A stretch of DNA of 64,000 nucleotides. Origin: Tubiluchus corallicola (lineage: Eukaryota; Animalia; Priapulida). Positions 38,685 to 52,459 of the stretch are shown one piece after another. Below the pieces are notes generated by a model. It had not been told where the DNA came from, searched no databases, and worked only from the letters and a program-made list of their open reading frames with translations. Both the position numbers and the translations under genes were made by a program. How positions within the stretch are numbered: position 1 is the first letter of the stretch; the number at the start of each line of letters is the position of its first letter. Where the stretch lies: positions 3,986 to 67,985 of the forward strand of contig JAQGDQ010001045.1 of NCBI GenBank assembly GCA_030141605.1. The letters are read 5' to 3'.

Positions 38685-40053
38685 CTTTTTGAATGAGATA
38701 AACTGGCACATTCTACTAAGCTAATAATTATTTTTTCTCCAAACTAAAATATTTTGGCATAGCATTGAGCAAGGTAAGCAACAGATATTGAAATTTTACA
38801 AATTAAAGGAAAAAGGGACAATGTTTCACACACTACCCTATTTTCAAGTCCAAAAAGTATACATTTTAACATGATTAATATTACAAAAACATTTCTGATC
38901 ATTAAATTGATAATTGATTGAAAACCTAGTTAACAGCGGGCGACTTCCAACTAATGATGACATCACAAACTAACATAATTTTCAACAACAAAAGTATTGC
39001 ACGAGCGTGTTGCACGTGTTTGTGAAAGCGAAATTGAAGTACAGTGTTACTGTACAATATTCAGTGTCATATACAAAAACTCGGCACATTTTAGGTTTAA
39101 AAATTAATATTTCGAGTTTATCATTGTGCTACATCAGAAGCGAATTGAGGATACAGCGCCAGTTTTTTGTGCAATACATTTCTGAAATGCAAACGATGTG
39201 GCCATCTAAGTAGAACATGGCAAAATGCACGTAACTGGGCGAGAACGTGAATTAAACTTCACGGCAAATGATCCTTTCAGAGACGTCACTTTTAAAAAAT
39301 GTCCTCTTTCAATATTTTATACATTAGATTATTTTGAGCTGCAGTCTAAAATTGGGTTCTGTTCCCGCTTAAGTCTTTTAGTCGTCCTCCTTTAACTTTG
39401 AAAATTATTATGAACAGAATGTGTTCAGTAAACAATTGATGTTTGTTGAGTTTTTTAGTGGAAATATAAACAAAATAATTACAAAAGTGATAGCAAATGA
39501 TGCCAGCTAGTCTGCAAGTTTTACAACACGCACTAATTAAAATTCATGACGTTAGGCCGGACACAGAAAAATTGTTTCTGCCTTATCTCATGAGGTAACA
39601 AGATGTCAGTAGGCAAGGAAGAAGCTTTGTGAATGTTTAAAGCAGAATCGTGGAATATTTAAAATCACTTGGAATCAAAGTTTGCTTATACCCTACTGGT
39701 TTGCAGTAACAATTTAAATTTTTCAAAGCACATTTTTTCACGCTTCGCTATTTAATAATTTTTTTTATTTTGCGTTGCTAATTTTTCGTATAATTATCTA
39801 TTAACGTATACATTGTCTATTTTCTGTACAGCACGAATATTATGTCCTGATAATTATGGTATGAGCGGCAACACTATTTGGCTATTAATATGCTAATTTG
39901 GCGGAAAATACGATATTTTTAGCCTCCAATATGATAATCAGCATCATGCAAAATGGCTGTATGAGAGTTAGCGGAAGAAAAAAATTCTTCATTGAAACAA
40001 CGAAGGTAAAATAATAGCGTTTTACATCCTAAATTAAACAATATGCTTTATAC

Positions 40054-40449
40054 CAGGGGTGTGCAAACTACAGCCAGCGGGTCACTTGTCAACCTAAGAG
40101 ATTTGTCAACCAAAACCCCCAAATTGAGTGTACACAGCGAAGTCCCCACACCCAAAAACACACAACACCAAACCCACAAAACAACCACTACACAGACTGT
40201 GTGATACACATTACTAATATGCATTGTAATGAAATTACCACTATCTGTCCTGAAAATAGAAATATATGGTTTGTAATAATAACTTCTAAAATAGTTTCTT
40301 GGGTGTAGTAATATTGATGTACGCAGGTCAGATGCAGGTCGTTATCAGGCCTTTCTGTACTTAGCTCCTTGATCAAACTGCCTGTGGCCGGCAGGAATTG
40401 TGGGAAAGTTTAATGTGGCCTGGCTAGTCAGATAATTTGCACACCCCTG
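40054..40449. mobile_element. hAT MITE family D, copy 3
   Basis: Same TIRs; degenerate TSD CTTTATAC/ATTTATAT. Confidence 0.85.
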
Positions 40450-41353
40450 ATTTATATAACTGTGTCAGGCAAGCATATAAACGTACAAAAAAGTAATAAA
40501 AATCCTGACCAGGTGCACGATAAACCGGGCGATTAGACAGAAGCAATTCTAAGTCTATCTAATGTTTTAAAGGTGTCATAGAAAAAAAGAAACATATTCT
40601 TCAATGTGCCAATTTCAACTCGTCTAAACTGAAATTTCAAATTGCTCCTTGCTAATACACCACAAACAGTTTGCTTACCAAGATAATAATGTAGAAAAAG
40701 GACAAGGCAGCTGATAACACCCATACTGACAAACCAAGAACATTTTTGTCTATGCAAATTAGCTAAATAATGCTCAAAAGCATAAACTAATTTCATATAA
40801 ACTATTTTGAGAAACTTTTCAGAGCTCCGTAACCCCAGACGAGATCCTGGCTCATTAGCAAGGATGATTCTCTAAAATGAGGCCCTAAACTGGCACTTTG
40901 ACGCAACAAAATTCGCATGTATAAAACTGCATATTTATCTTCCATTTGCCACACCATTTCTTTTCTGTTTTATTTTATCTTTCATTTTTGTTTATGTTTA
41001 TTTTGTAAATTTTTGGGACAAATAAATTACTTATATGTACACGAAGCAAGTGCGCATAACTACTCGGCCACTCCTCCCACTCGAACAGCGAATGATAATG
41101 TGTTAGAAAAGTGGGATAAATTACGGACTAAATTAGGGTTAACATCTAGTGGTCAATACTGAAAGTTTTCCCTATTCGAATGAGCACATAAACCTAAGGA
41201 GATCCGCAGCGAGAAGAAATGTCTGAAGCAAAACTCCTCAACCAACTTTCTTCTTCTTCGGGTATAGCAGTATAGACTACAAAATTTTAAAATGTGTAAA
41301 AAAGTATAATTGAAGTAACTGCTTTACTCGTCGTATTTGCGGCCAAGCCTTAC

Positions 41354-41444
41354 CTGTATGTGATATCTCATAAATCTTTTCATTAGCACTTATTGTAGAT
41401 AACGGCCTAACTGGCAAAAATAGCTTCTTTCCCAGTAAAGGCAT
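41354..41444 (-). CDS. BAZ1B: BAZ1B/WSTF coding exon 1
   Basis: MPLLGKKLFLPVRPLSTISANEKIYEISHT G|gtaagg, like the WSTF N-terminus (MAPLLGRKPF..IPHT); phase 1 joins exon 2 in frame. Confidence 0.9.
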
Positions 41445-42502
41445 TATGTCTGGAATTAATAGCGTTTTCTATAAAACATCATTTTCTTTTATTCTGCAAC
41501 CACTTTATTATAGAAATCTTTGAAAATGGCGGGAGACCAGCAACAAAATCTGTAAGAAATGCTCCGCAACGTAAACTACGGCAATTACCTAAGGTCTCAC
41601 GATACCTTGTGTTATAAATCACAAAATTCACAGCACAATAGCCTTGTTTGACACTAATGATTATTTTTAACGTTTTGCATGCATTCATTTTTGTAAACAC
41701 CATATTACATATTAAAATGAAGATATTTTGGGATAATTGAATTCATTTCTAAAACGATTTTCTAACCAGAAAATTCTAGTAGGAAAGCAAACTAATCTGA
41801 AAAGAATGTTTATTTTTGTTATCACTTATATAAGCCTGGCCCGGCAGCAAACGTGAGGAAGCCCTGTATTAAATTATACTTGTAAAATATTAATTTGATT
41901 AGTTTTATTGTCTTCAGCATTTCACTAGTTTGTGTAAACTTTATTTTCTAGTTTATAATGTTAAAACTTGATGTAGAAATACGTTAATGACGTAAAGTGG
42001 TTACAATGTTGTTAGATCTGTGATGAGACTAGTCAGTGTTGTATATTACATGACGTATGACGTGTTATCATGATAATGAAACGAGCCGAAGACTTGGAAA
42101 ATATGACAACAAGAAAATAAAATTTCATAGTGTGAATGGTAAACCACTGATGTATTTTATATTACATTTAAATTTACTTTAGAAAACTTTTCTTCTGTCG
42201 ATAAGATTAGGAAACTACTGTACTGGTTTATTTAAACTACCCAAGGCGTGAGCGAGGTGAATTTATTGTAAATTTAAATCTGATGTATTTTCTTTAACTT
42301 AAATTTGAAAATCTAAATAAATGTACCATTACAGGTGCAACTTGTTGCACTACTAGCAGCTAAGGTGATTTATTTAGACCGAAAATTTTGTACTTATTTT
42401 TAACACTACATGTATTCTGGTAATGTAAACGTGATTTGTAAGATAAGATGATTTCTTTTTGACATGAAGTTGTGACAAACTGACGTACCATTCGAGAACA
42501 GC
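41445..42502. promoter_or_regulatory. Probable bidirectional promoter region, BAZ1B / MAPKAPK5
   Basis: Divergent start codons 1.06 kb apart; YY1-like AAAATGGCGG at about 41523. Confidence 0.55.
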
Positions 42503-42565
42503 ATGGCTGATGATGATCTAGGCAAAAAGGAAACGGAACGACAACGTGACAAACCTGAATTTAAG
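42503..42565 (+). CDS. MAPKAPK5: MAPKAPK5 (MK5/PRAK) probable exon 1
   Basis: MADDDLGKKETERQRDKPEFK|gttaga; phase 0 joins exon 2; weak homology, inferred from position. Confidence 0.65.
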
Positions 42566-44498
42566 GTTAGAAAAAACATGTATGTACTTGCATAGCAAAA
42601 ACGTCCGTAAGTCGGCAATAAGTTTTTCTAGTTATTCACATATTCTGAATCGCCATTTCATGAGGATCATTTTGATACGAAGTTCATCACTCTATGTTAT
42701 TTCTAAGTTGAGATAATCCATGTTGAAGTTGAGGTGCAGGCTGCACACTGAAAATCATAATCTTGAGAAAATCACTGTTAAAGTCAGCCATTGTTTTTTG
42801 TTGCGTTTCTACAAAACACTTAGCAACCGTACAAATGTTGGTCGCTGTAGACTTTGCAATGAACACATTGAAGTTATGTTTAAATCCAGTAGATGGCTCT
42901 TCCTCACGAAGATCTGGACTTCGTAACAGAAAAAACCCTAAGCAAAATGGCTGCTTACACGAGCTACAATCAGAGTTTGAAAATACAAGTTTTTTTTACA
43001 ATTGCAATACTAGTTTCCAGCCATAAAAGTGGATTGGGGGTTATAAAATTAGATTTTTAGTATTTTTTGAACATTTTCTTCATAATTTGATTCTAGAATA
43101 TAAAAGTCCAATATATTTAGCATTTGTTTTTTATAAAAAACAAAAAATTGACGTTTGACCAAATTTTTGGTGCATTTTACTTTGAAGCATCATAACGTAG
43201 TTCTAACTTAAGCCGACTTATGGACGGTTTTGGTTTGCAAGCAACACATTTATGTATTTCCAATTAACTTTATTAAAATTAGAGTGAATCCGAATTGGGG
43301 CTACAGTTTGGAAATATTGAAAACTACAATAGCTTTTTTTAAATCAAAGCTTAGATTAAATAATAATTTCCTCGGATACTCAAATTTCGTTAAACTTTCA
43401 AAGTTACGTGCGGCTCAGTGAATCTAGTAACATTGGCAACGGTGCCTTTTTGTCACATTCGCGTGGCTGACAAATAGAAGGCGGTACCATGATAACCGTG
43501 ATCACGAACTGCAGTGTTAGTTTCTGACGTCATATGACGTACAGCCCATTTTTCGTGACATTATGCATTTAAGCAGTAACACTTATGCAAATGTGCTTGA
43601 TGCTCAAGGGAAGATGTCTGTCATTGCACAAACTGTGGTTAGTTTCTGACATAAGCAATAGCTGTATTCAGTTGCCGTTAATGAACTTTCTAAGCTAATT
43701 ATTCAAATATAAGGAGCAGTTATAAGATCCGATTTGAATTTGGCAAAAAATGTAAAGCAGCAGATCTGCTGTAAAATTCTGTCCCCTTGGCTGGATCTTT
43801 AACAAAATTTAAATGTTGCAATGTCACTTCATTATGTTGACACGTTTAAATGAAGACAGGATGATTTTTCATATACTACCCATTTTTAAGTCGGATAAAA
43901 AGTATACATTTTAACATGATTAGCATTGCAAAAGCATTTCTGATAATTAAATAATGAATTAAAAACTTTATAATGGCGGGCGAGCAGAACTATTGATGAC
44001 ACGATCGTGTTGCACGTGTTTGTGAAAGTGAAAATTGAAGCACAGTGCTACTGTAAGATATTCAGTGTGTTGTGCTAAAACTAGGCAAGTTTTAAGATAA
44101 AAATTCAAATTTACCGCTGTGCTCATGCATGAGCTGTCGAGCATGTGTAGTTCGTCACAAACTAACACATCTGAACTGTACCTGTTTGTTGTACAATGCG
44201 TTTCCGAAATGCAGGCGCTAGTGCCCATCTAACTAGAGAATGACGAAATGCATGTAACATCGAAGCATTAGTAGCGTGAATGCGAATTGTGTTTGTGTGG
44301 TAATAATTCTTTCACGTAAGTCATTTTTGAAAAAATAGTATGTTTCTTTTCAATATTTTAAAGAGTGGATTGTTTTGTTTTGACCTGCAGTTTAACATTG
44401 GGTTCCGTTTTGCTTTAATGACAATCAACTGCCATGATTCTCAGTACTAAATGCGTTCAGAGCTTTGAAACCCGTGGAGCGTGTCAAACGGAACTCAC

Positions 44499-44607
44499 CA
44501 TATCCGTGATACTGCCAGCGTGGCCGCTGAATTCACGAACAATCCTCCGTATGTCGACATCAACAACGTTCACACTAAAATTATCCAAAGCAACTGCCAA
44601 CATTGAG
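44499..44607 (-). pseudogene. WDR36: Isolated WDR36/UTP21-like exon (109 nt) inside MAPKAPK5 intron 1
   Basis: cctttcag|C TCA ATG..GAT ATG|gtgagt; SMLAVALDNFSVNVVDVDIRRIVREFSGHAGSITDM resembles recalled WDR36 ALDDFSI.V.D.ETRKIVREFSGH.GQINDM; no neighbouring exons seen. Confidence 0.75.
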
Positions 44608-45661
44608 CTGAAAGGATCGCAGTTTTCTGTAAAAGACAAAAAAACAAAAAAAAATGAGATAATCTGGACAGTTTAAAAACTAAAGTTCACGTGTTGATGC
44701 TACCTAGATGAAAATTGCACAGGAACTATTGACACTGACCATGAAAAATCAACAATCAGCCTGTGATTATAAAACAGCAGGGATGTTACCGAAACTGGAT
44801 TCATAAACCAAAACTGGAATTTATCAAACACAGGAAACCGATACCGAAAGGAAAACCGGGCGATTCTTTAGACTCAATCTCACTTTAATCTGTCTAAAAT
44901 ATACATTTTCTTGCCAATAAAAGTTAACAGTTGTTCCTTATATTTGAATAATTGGCTTAGAAAGTTAATTAACGGCAACCAAACACAGCTATTGCTTATG
45001 TCACAAACTAATCACAATGTGTGCAATGACAGGCGTTTTCCCTTGCGCATCAAGCACATTTGCTTCCATGCTGTTTAAACGTGTGATGTCACGAAAAATG
45101 GGTTCTACATCATGTGACGCCAGAAACTAGCACCGCAGTTCATGATCATGCTTATCACGGTACCGCCTTCTATTTATCGGCCACGCAAACGTGACAAAAA
45201 GGCGCCGCTGCCAATCTTAGTAGATTCACTGAGCCGCTCGTAGCTTTGAAAGTTTAACGAAATTTGAGTATCCGAGGTAATTATTATTTAATTTAATCTT
45301 TGATTTAAAAAAAGCTATTGTAATTTTCAATATTTTAGAGCATTCTTTATTCTGAACTCGTGTTTACACAATCATCCGGTTTTACTTTAACATTTTTGCA
45401 AAACCAACTAGCATTAATACTGAAAAAAGAAAATTATGAAATAAGTAAAATATTTTGTTTTTGTTTGTTTTTATTTGCTGTGACGCGGAATTCCTGATAA
45501 ACAAACACAAGAATGTTTTATAGTATAGAATCTCAAGTTTGATGGAGTGACTTACCTAAGAAAAATTAATGTATTACAATGTTTTTGGCTTTAAGTATCC
45601 TTAATGATTAATGTTTAAAGATCATAATACTTCATTAAGATAAAGAAATTTTATTGAACCA

Positions 45662-45926
45662 GACGGTTTAGTCTAGTGGTAATGCATCTGCTTTCCATCT
45701 GGGAGGTCGTGAGTTCGAACCAGCAACCGGGTCATACCAAAGACTTTAAAAATGGTACCTGCTGTTGCCCTGCCCGACGCGTGGTATTTAGGGTAAAAGT
45801 GGGGTAATAATAGTCTCTGTTATGTAGTTGTAGGTTGTTATTTACAGTCGGCGATAATAGCTCTTTGAGCTAATGTTAATTGTTGACCCAAAAGCCGACT
45901 TTAAATAAAGATTATTATTATTATTT
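45662..45926 (+). mobile_element. tRNA-derived SINE (probably Meta-SINE-type core, L2-like tail)
   Basis: A box TAGTCTAGTGG, B box GAGTTCGAACC, core GGGTCATACCAAAGACTTTAAAAATGGTACCTGCTG, tail AATAAAG(ATT)n. Confidence 0.8.
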
Positions 45927-46549
45927 TGTAGATGTTTGATTGCCTACATTTCATAAATTATAAAATTAATCATGATTTTGCTCAAATGTTGCTTGATATT
46001 TTGGTTGATTGGGCCTGAATACCCTAGAACTAATAGTGAGCACTGAAGATATGCCGTATTGCCGGTAAAATCACGTCAGAAAGTGTTATGTAAGGCAAGT
46101 TTCCGCTTTATTTGAACCATTTTAGCCAAGATTTTTCAGCAGTTTTTAACATCTAGGAGAAAAGAAAAGATAAATTTGATAAATACTAGTAAAACTTCGG
46201 GAAAATGCCGAAGAAAATTATCCGAAATTTCGACAACGAAATTTAGTAAATTTCGCCAAAAGCGAAACTTAGCCGAAAATGCGATTATCAATAAATTGAA
46301 CCGTAAATTTCGTTTCGATAACATCACTTTTTTACAGCACAAATAATTTTTCTCTATGACCATCCATCAGTTCAGCTCTCTGTCATCACGCAAAAACATT
46401 CTGTCATCTCTATTTTAAATTTTAGTGAAGTTAATGTTGCGCATCTACATGTTTAGAATATGATTTTGGTCTGTCGTGTCTTTCTGTATTTCGGTATTAA
46501 AAGTTTTTTGACAGCAGAAGTAATAAATTCGTTTTTCTCGTTGCTTTAG

Positions 46550-46623
46550 AGGCACTCGGTGCTAAACGATTATGAAGTTGATTGGACAGGTAGCCTGGGA
46601 ACGGGGATCAGCGGTCCGGTTAG
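46550..46623 (+). CDS. MAPKAPK5: MAPKAPK5 exon 2
   Basis: RHSVLNDYEVDWTGSLGTGISGPV(R); MK5-type Gly loop; AG/GT boundaries. Confidence 0.92.
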
Positions 46624-46741
46624 GTGAGTCTCCGTCTTTGACGTTTTAAAGTGACGGCATTTTTACACCCTAACAGCTACGATTGCGGCAACGATGACAG
46701 CAATGACTGTGTTCATCGGAACACTGATGATACTGCGGCTG

Positions 46742-46805
46742 CTGACGACGACGATGGTGATGACGACGACGACGACGATGGTGATGATGATGATGATGAC
46801 GACGG

Positions 46806-46836
<31 letters not shown>

Positions 46837-46855
46837 AGTGATGCTGATAATGATC
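46742..46855. repeat. (GAT/GAC)n microsatellite
   Basis: Direct inspection; intronic. Confidence 0.9.
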
Positions 46856-47469
46856 ACGAATATGATGTGATAACACTGATGGAGATTATGATAGTGGCTA
46901 TGACAGTGATGATGATGGTAGTGGCAGCAGTGACTATGATGATGACAGCACTGTCATATTACAGCTAGAATTGATTTTAACTAAAAACTGAAAACTCTGA
47001 ACTTCTGCTCAGTTCTGTAAAGCAGTAAGTGCACTCAGAAATGTGCTTGGCGAACTAATCTAAGCAACACTGAGGCTGGTCAGTAAATGGATGGTGTGCG
47101 GTAAATGCTGATATGATCAGCCGTATTAATTCTGGCTATTTAATTCATTGAAGGATGTACGTATATGCTTGTGTACGTATTCGGACTAGAACTTTGCTAA
47201 ATTCTACCAGTTTAGTGCCATTTGTTAACAGGCTTTGCTAATGAACTACGTACCAGTCTCACCACAATAAGTAGGCTTGAATACTATATCGTGGTTGTTG
47301 AATCGTTTTAAGAAATGCGACTGTATTTCCTTGCTTACTTTTTATTCTTTTATTTGTTTTCTTCTTTTAAACGTACACCTGTTGTAAAACTGTGAAGCGT
47401 TCGTGCATTTTCTGCATTTTCCCAGATGATCTGATAAGACAGTTTTCCCAGTTTTCCCTTCACTTCCAG

Positions 47470-47643
47470 GCCGTGCACAAAGATTTGCACCGGAGAACAG
47501 TTTGCTCTCAAGTGCCTCCTGGACCGACCCAGATCTCGTAACGAGGTCGTGCTTCACTGGCGCTGTAGCGGTCATCCGAATATAGTGACCATCTATGACG
47601 TGTACTCGAACGACATTCAGTTTCCCGGAGAAAATTTCCCAAT
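47470..47643 (+). CDS. MAPKAPK5: MAPKAPK5 exon 3
   Basis: PCTKICTGEQFALKCLLDRPRSRNEVVLHWRCSGHPNIV..QFPGE. Confidence 0.93.
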
Positions 47644-48721
47644 GTAAGTTCGTAGCTTGTTTACCGTAATTTACGTTTTTTACCTTTTCTCTGTATAATT
47701 CATTTTAAAATTGCGGTTGTGGTTAAAAAATTTAAGTTTAAAGTTCTGTTTTAATAAAAGATAATAAAGATTATGAAAAGGGGTACCTAAAGTAGGTTTC
47801 AGAAAAATCGCCTTTAAAAATTATATTTCTTTAAAGAAATTTTGAGTATATCATATTCGTGTTAAAAGGAATTTTTTATTGTTTTCATTTTAAATCTCCT
47901 GCAATACCGTTGCAACAGCGCCATTATATGACGTCATATACGCAAACTGTAAATCAGGGGAAGAAAAGGAAATGTTAAACTATGTCTCAAAAAACTTTCC
48001 ATGCAAATCTATGTTACTTAACATTTCACTTAGCTGCTTGAAAGACTTATGTAACTAGAAAAGAAAATTATTAATTATTTAAAATGTTTTCACCAATTGC
48101 TAAAATGTCACTGACTCACCCTCCAGGGTGCACCACTTACTAACCAAAAACGTATTTTTAATCTTATTGACAAGATACAGTAATTTAAAATTTTACTTAG
48201 TGTGCTACAAATGCTCTGATTATTTTTTCAAACTTTACAAAATGTTATCTAAACTTGTTTTGAATGACTTATCATAAAAATGGCTGCGTCTAACGGTCAT
48301 CGCAGGAGTTTTATACAGTGTTACTGCCAATACAAGCCATGCATGCAAAAAAGCAGTATGTAAGTGATATGAAATTTCGAGACGAATATTTTAAGCTTGA
48401 TGTAAGTGGGGGATTTTGCAGCTAAATGTAGAAAAATTCTGACCATAAAACTTGTTTCAAATGACTTATCATCAAAATGGCTGCGCCTAACGGTCATCGC
48501 GGGAGTTTAAATTTACATGTTTTATACAGAGTCACAGACGACGCAAGTCCAGTATGCAAAAAGGCAGTATGTAAGTGGTATAAAATTTCAAGATGAATTT
48601 TTTAAGCTTGATGTTTATGAATGTTTTTCTTGTGCTTTAACGGTGTCTCGCACTTACGGGCTCATGGTACTTACATTGTATTTTATGTAATTCTCTCTTT
48701 ACTCTGTTTATTTACACTCAG

Positions 48722-48830
48722 TCCAAGATTACTAGTTGTCATGGAGCTTATGGAGGGAGGTGAATTGTTTGAGAGGATCATACGCAATCGTCATTTCAGC
48801 GAGCAGCACGCCAGCGTTGTCACTAAACAG
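48722..48830 (+). CDS. MAPKAPK5: MAPKAPK5 exon 4
   Basis: PRLLVVMELMEGGELFERIIRNRHFSEQHASVVTKQ|gtaagt. Confidence 0.94.
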
Positions 48831-48997
48831 GTAAGTCATCGGTAGGCGGGAATTGATGCATCTCATTCTAGTGAAGTTATTGTGAGTCGCTGCTTTATTA
48901 CTTCTGATGGTGTCATTAGATGTACTAGCAAAACCCGGCTCTCACATGTTCATTTCAATCGTGGGTTCTAGAGCATTCCACTATCTCTTTTATTCAT

Positions 48998-49712
<715 letters not shown>

Positions 49713-49958
49713 TTGAAAGGTTGTTCATCTGAGATGGAAATTGTTTTTTTTTGAAAAACAAATGTTCAATGGTCACCTTCTAGGGTAGGACAATCAAGAC
49801 AATATAGGGCTTGAATCTGAATTTTGGCTTGCGAAGTGCTAGTGTTGAACGATAAGAGAGCAAATGACTATTGTTACTACTGTATGCTTTCATCTGCTTA
49901 CATGTGACATGTAGAAGAAAATGGAAGTAAAAGTATACTGGCGCCATCTTTCCACTTT

Positions 49959-51275
49959 GATGTCATTTACTTGTCCGTGCTGCTGCCTGGTGAGATTATT
50001 TATAGTTTTCTCAACAGCAGGTAGCCATGGTTATAGTAAGATGTCATTCGTTTGCCTATGCTGCCATCTATTGAGTGTACTTGCAGATTTTATTAACTAT
50101 AGGTAGCCATGGTTATAGTAAGATGTCATTCTTTTGCATATGCTGCCACCTAGTGAGATTATTTACAATTATTCTCAACAGTAGGTAGCCATGGTTATAG
50201 TAAGATGTCATTCTTTTGCATGTGCTGCCACCTAGTGAGATTATTTATAGTTTTAACAACAGTAGGTAGCCATGGTTATAGTAAGATGTCATTCTTTTGC
50301 ATGTGCTGCCACCTAGTGAGATTATTTATAGTTTTAACAACAGCAGGTAGCCATGGTTATAGCAAGATGTCATTCTTTTGCATGTGCTGCCATCTATTGA
50401 GTGTACGTGCAGATTTTATTAACTATAGGTGGCTATGATTATAGTACGATGTCATTATTTTGCCTGTGCTGGAACCTAGCGAGATTATTTACAAGTATTC
50501 TCAACAGTAGGTAGCCATGGTTATAGTAAGATGTCATTCTTTTGCATGTGTTGCCACCTAGTGAGATTATTTATAGTTTTAACAACAGCAGGTAGCCATG
50601 GTTATAGTAAGATGTCATTCTTTTGCATGTGCTGCCATCTATTGAGTGTACTTGCAGATTTTATTAACTATAGGTGGCTATGATTATAGTACGATGTCAT
50701 TCTTTTGCCTGTGCTGCCACCTAGCGAGATTATTTACAAGTATTCTCAACAGTAGGTAGCCATGGTTATAGCAAAATGTCATTCTTTTGCATGTGCTGCC
50801 ATCTATTGAGTGTACTTGCAGATTTTATTAACTATAGGTGGCTATGATTATAGTACGATGTCATTCTTTTGCCTGTGCTGCCACCTAGCGAGATTATTTA
50901 CAAGTATTCTCAACAGTAGGTAGCCATGGTTATAGTAAGATGTCATTCTTTTGCATGTGCTGCCATCTATTGAGTGTACTTGCAGATTTTATTAACTATA
51001 GGTGGCTAAGATTATAGTAAGATGTCATTCTTGTGCCTGTGCTGCCATCCTTTGAGCTTACTTGCAAGTTTTCTTAACTGCAGGGCCATGACTATAGAAA
51101 GATGTCATTCTCTTGCCTGCGCTGCCACCTACTGAGATTATTTACAAGTTTTCTCATCAGCAGGTAGCAATGGTTATAGTAAGATGTCATTCTCTTGCTT
51201 GTGCTGCCACCTACTGAGTGTACTTGCAAGTTTTCTTAACTGCAGGTGGCCATGGCTATAGAAAGATGTCATTCT
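49959..51275 (+). repeat. About 82-bp tandem array of splice acceptor plus first about 30 nt of MAPKAPK5 exon 5 (16 acceptors)
   Basis: AG|GTRGCYATGRTTATAGTAAGATGTCATTC recurs at 50020, 50102, 50184 ... 51163, 51245. Confidence 0.93.
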
Positions 51276-51335
51276 CTCGACATCGCACACCGAGATGTAA
51301 AGCCGGAAAATCTGCTTTTGAAGGACGAATCCGAG
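51246..51335 (+). CDS. MAPKAPK5: MAPKAPK5 exon 5 (catalytic loop)
   Basis: VAMAIERCHSLDIAHRDVKPENLLLKDESE|gtgaga. Confidence 0.94.
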
Positions 51336-52459
51336 GTGAGAAAATACTCTAAGCTGCTAATTACAGGAGTGTTTGCAAAAATAAAAAAAAGACTGGCTGA
51401 ATCTGGATTTGAACTGGGAACTTTTGTATTTCAATAGACCACGCAGCCATTTTGGTTGGTGGGATATTAAGATTGAATTGAGACTTCCAATGATCGTAAA
51501 GAGCTGCATGGTTTAATGGCCATGACATTGAACTTGTAATCACATGGTACCCAGTTCAAATCCTGATTCAGTCTGACTTTTTTGTTTTCCTTGTTTTTGC
51601 GAGGTAATTTTATAAGTTCAATAAATTTGAGTTTATTTACTCTTGGAAGGTGACCGTGAAATTAATATTGCAAATTTGTTGCGTTTTTGTCTAATATTTG
51701 ATGTTAGAATAGTTTGTTGAGTAATGCAGTTTGTTGAGTAATGCAGTTTGTTGAGTAATGTAGTTTGTTGAGTAATGTCATTTGTTGAGTAATGTAGTTT
51801 CTTGGATAATGTAGTTTATTAATGTAATGTTACACTGTTAAAGCAAAACCAGGAAACATACTATTTTTTCGAAAATGACTTACGTGAAAGAATTATTACC
51901 GCACAAACACAATTTCACTTTCGCGCCACTAGTTTTTTGCTGTTACATGCATTTCGCTATTTGCTAGTTAGACGGACACTAGCCAACAGATTTTGGAAAT
52001 GCATTGCACAAAAATCAACAGCTGTACCTCTCAGTTCAAATGTGTTAGTTTGCAACGAACTACACACGTTCGTCAGCTCATGCGTGAGTACAGCGGTAAA
52101 CTTGAAATTTGGATTTTTATCTTAAAACTTGCCTAGTTTTAGTACAACACACTGAATACCTTACAGTAGTACTGTACTTCAGTTTTCTCTTTCGCAAACA
52201 CGTGCAACACACTCATGGAATACTTTTGCTGTTGAAAATGATGTTAGTTTGTGATGTCGTCAACAGTTGGGCTCGCCTGCCGTTAATCAAGTTTTTAATC
52301 TATTATATAATTATCAGAAACACTTTTGCAGTACTAATTGCGTTAAAATGTATATTTTGTATCGGACTTGAAAATGGGGTGGTATATGAAAAATCTACCC
52401 ATCTTAAGAGCTTGACCACTCGGACTTCCAGTGTTTAAAAAGTTGTCTTTCTTTTTCAG

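Noticed and set aside
45662-45735. tRNA gene
   Set aside because: A and B boxes are present but there is no good acceptor stem, and it continues into a SINE core and tail.
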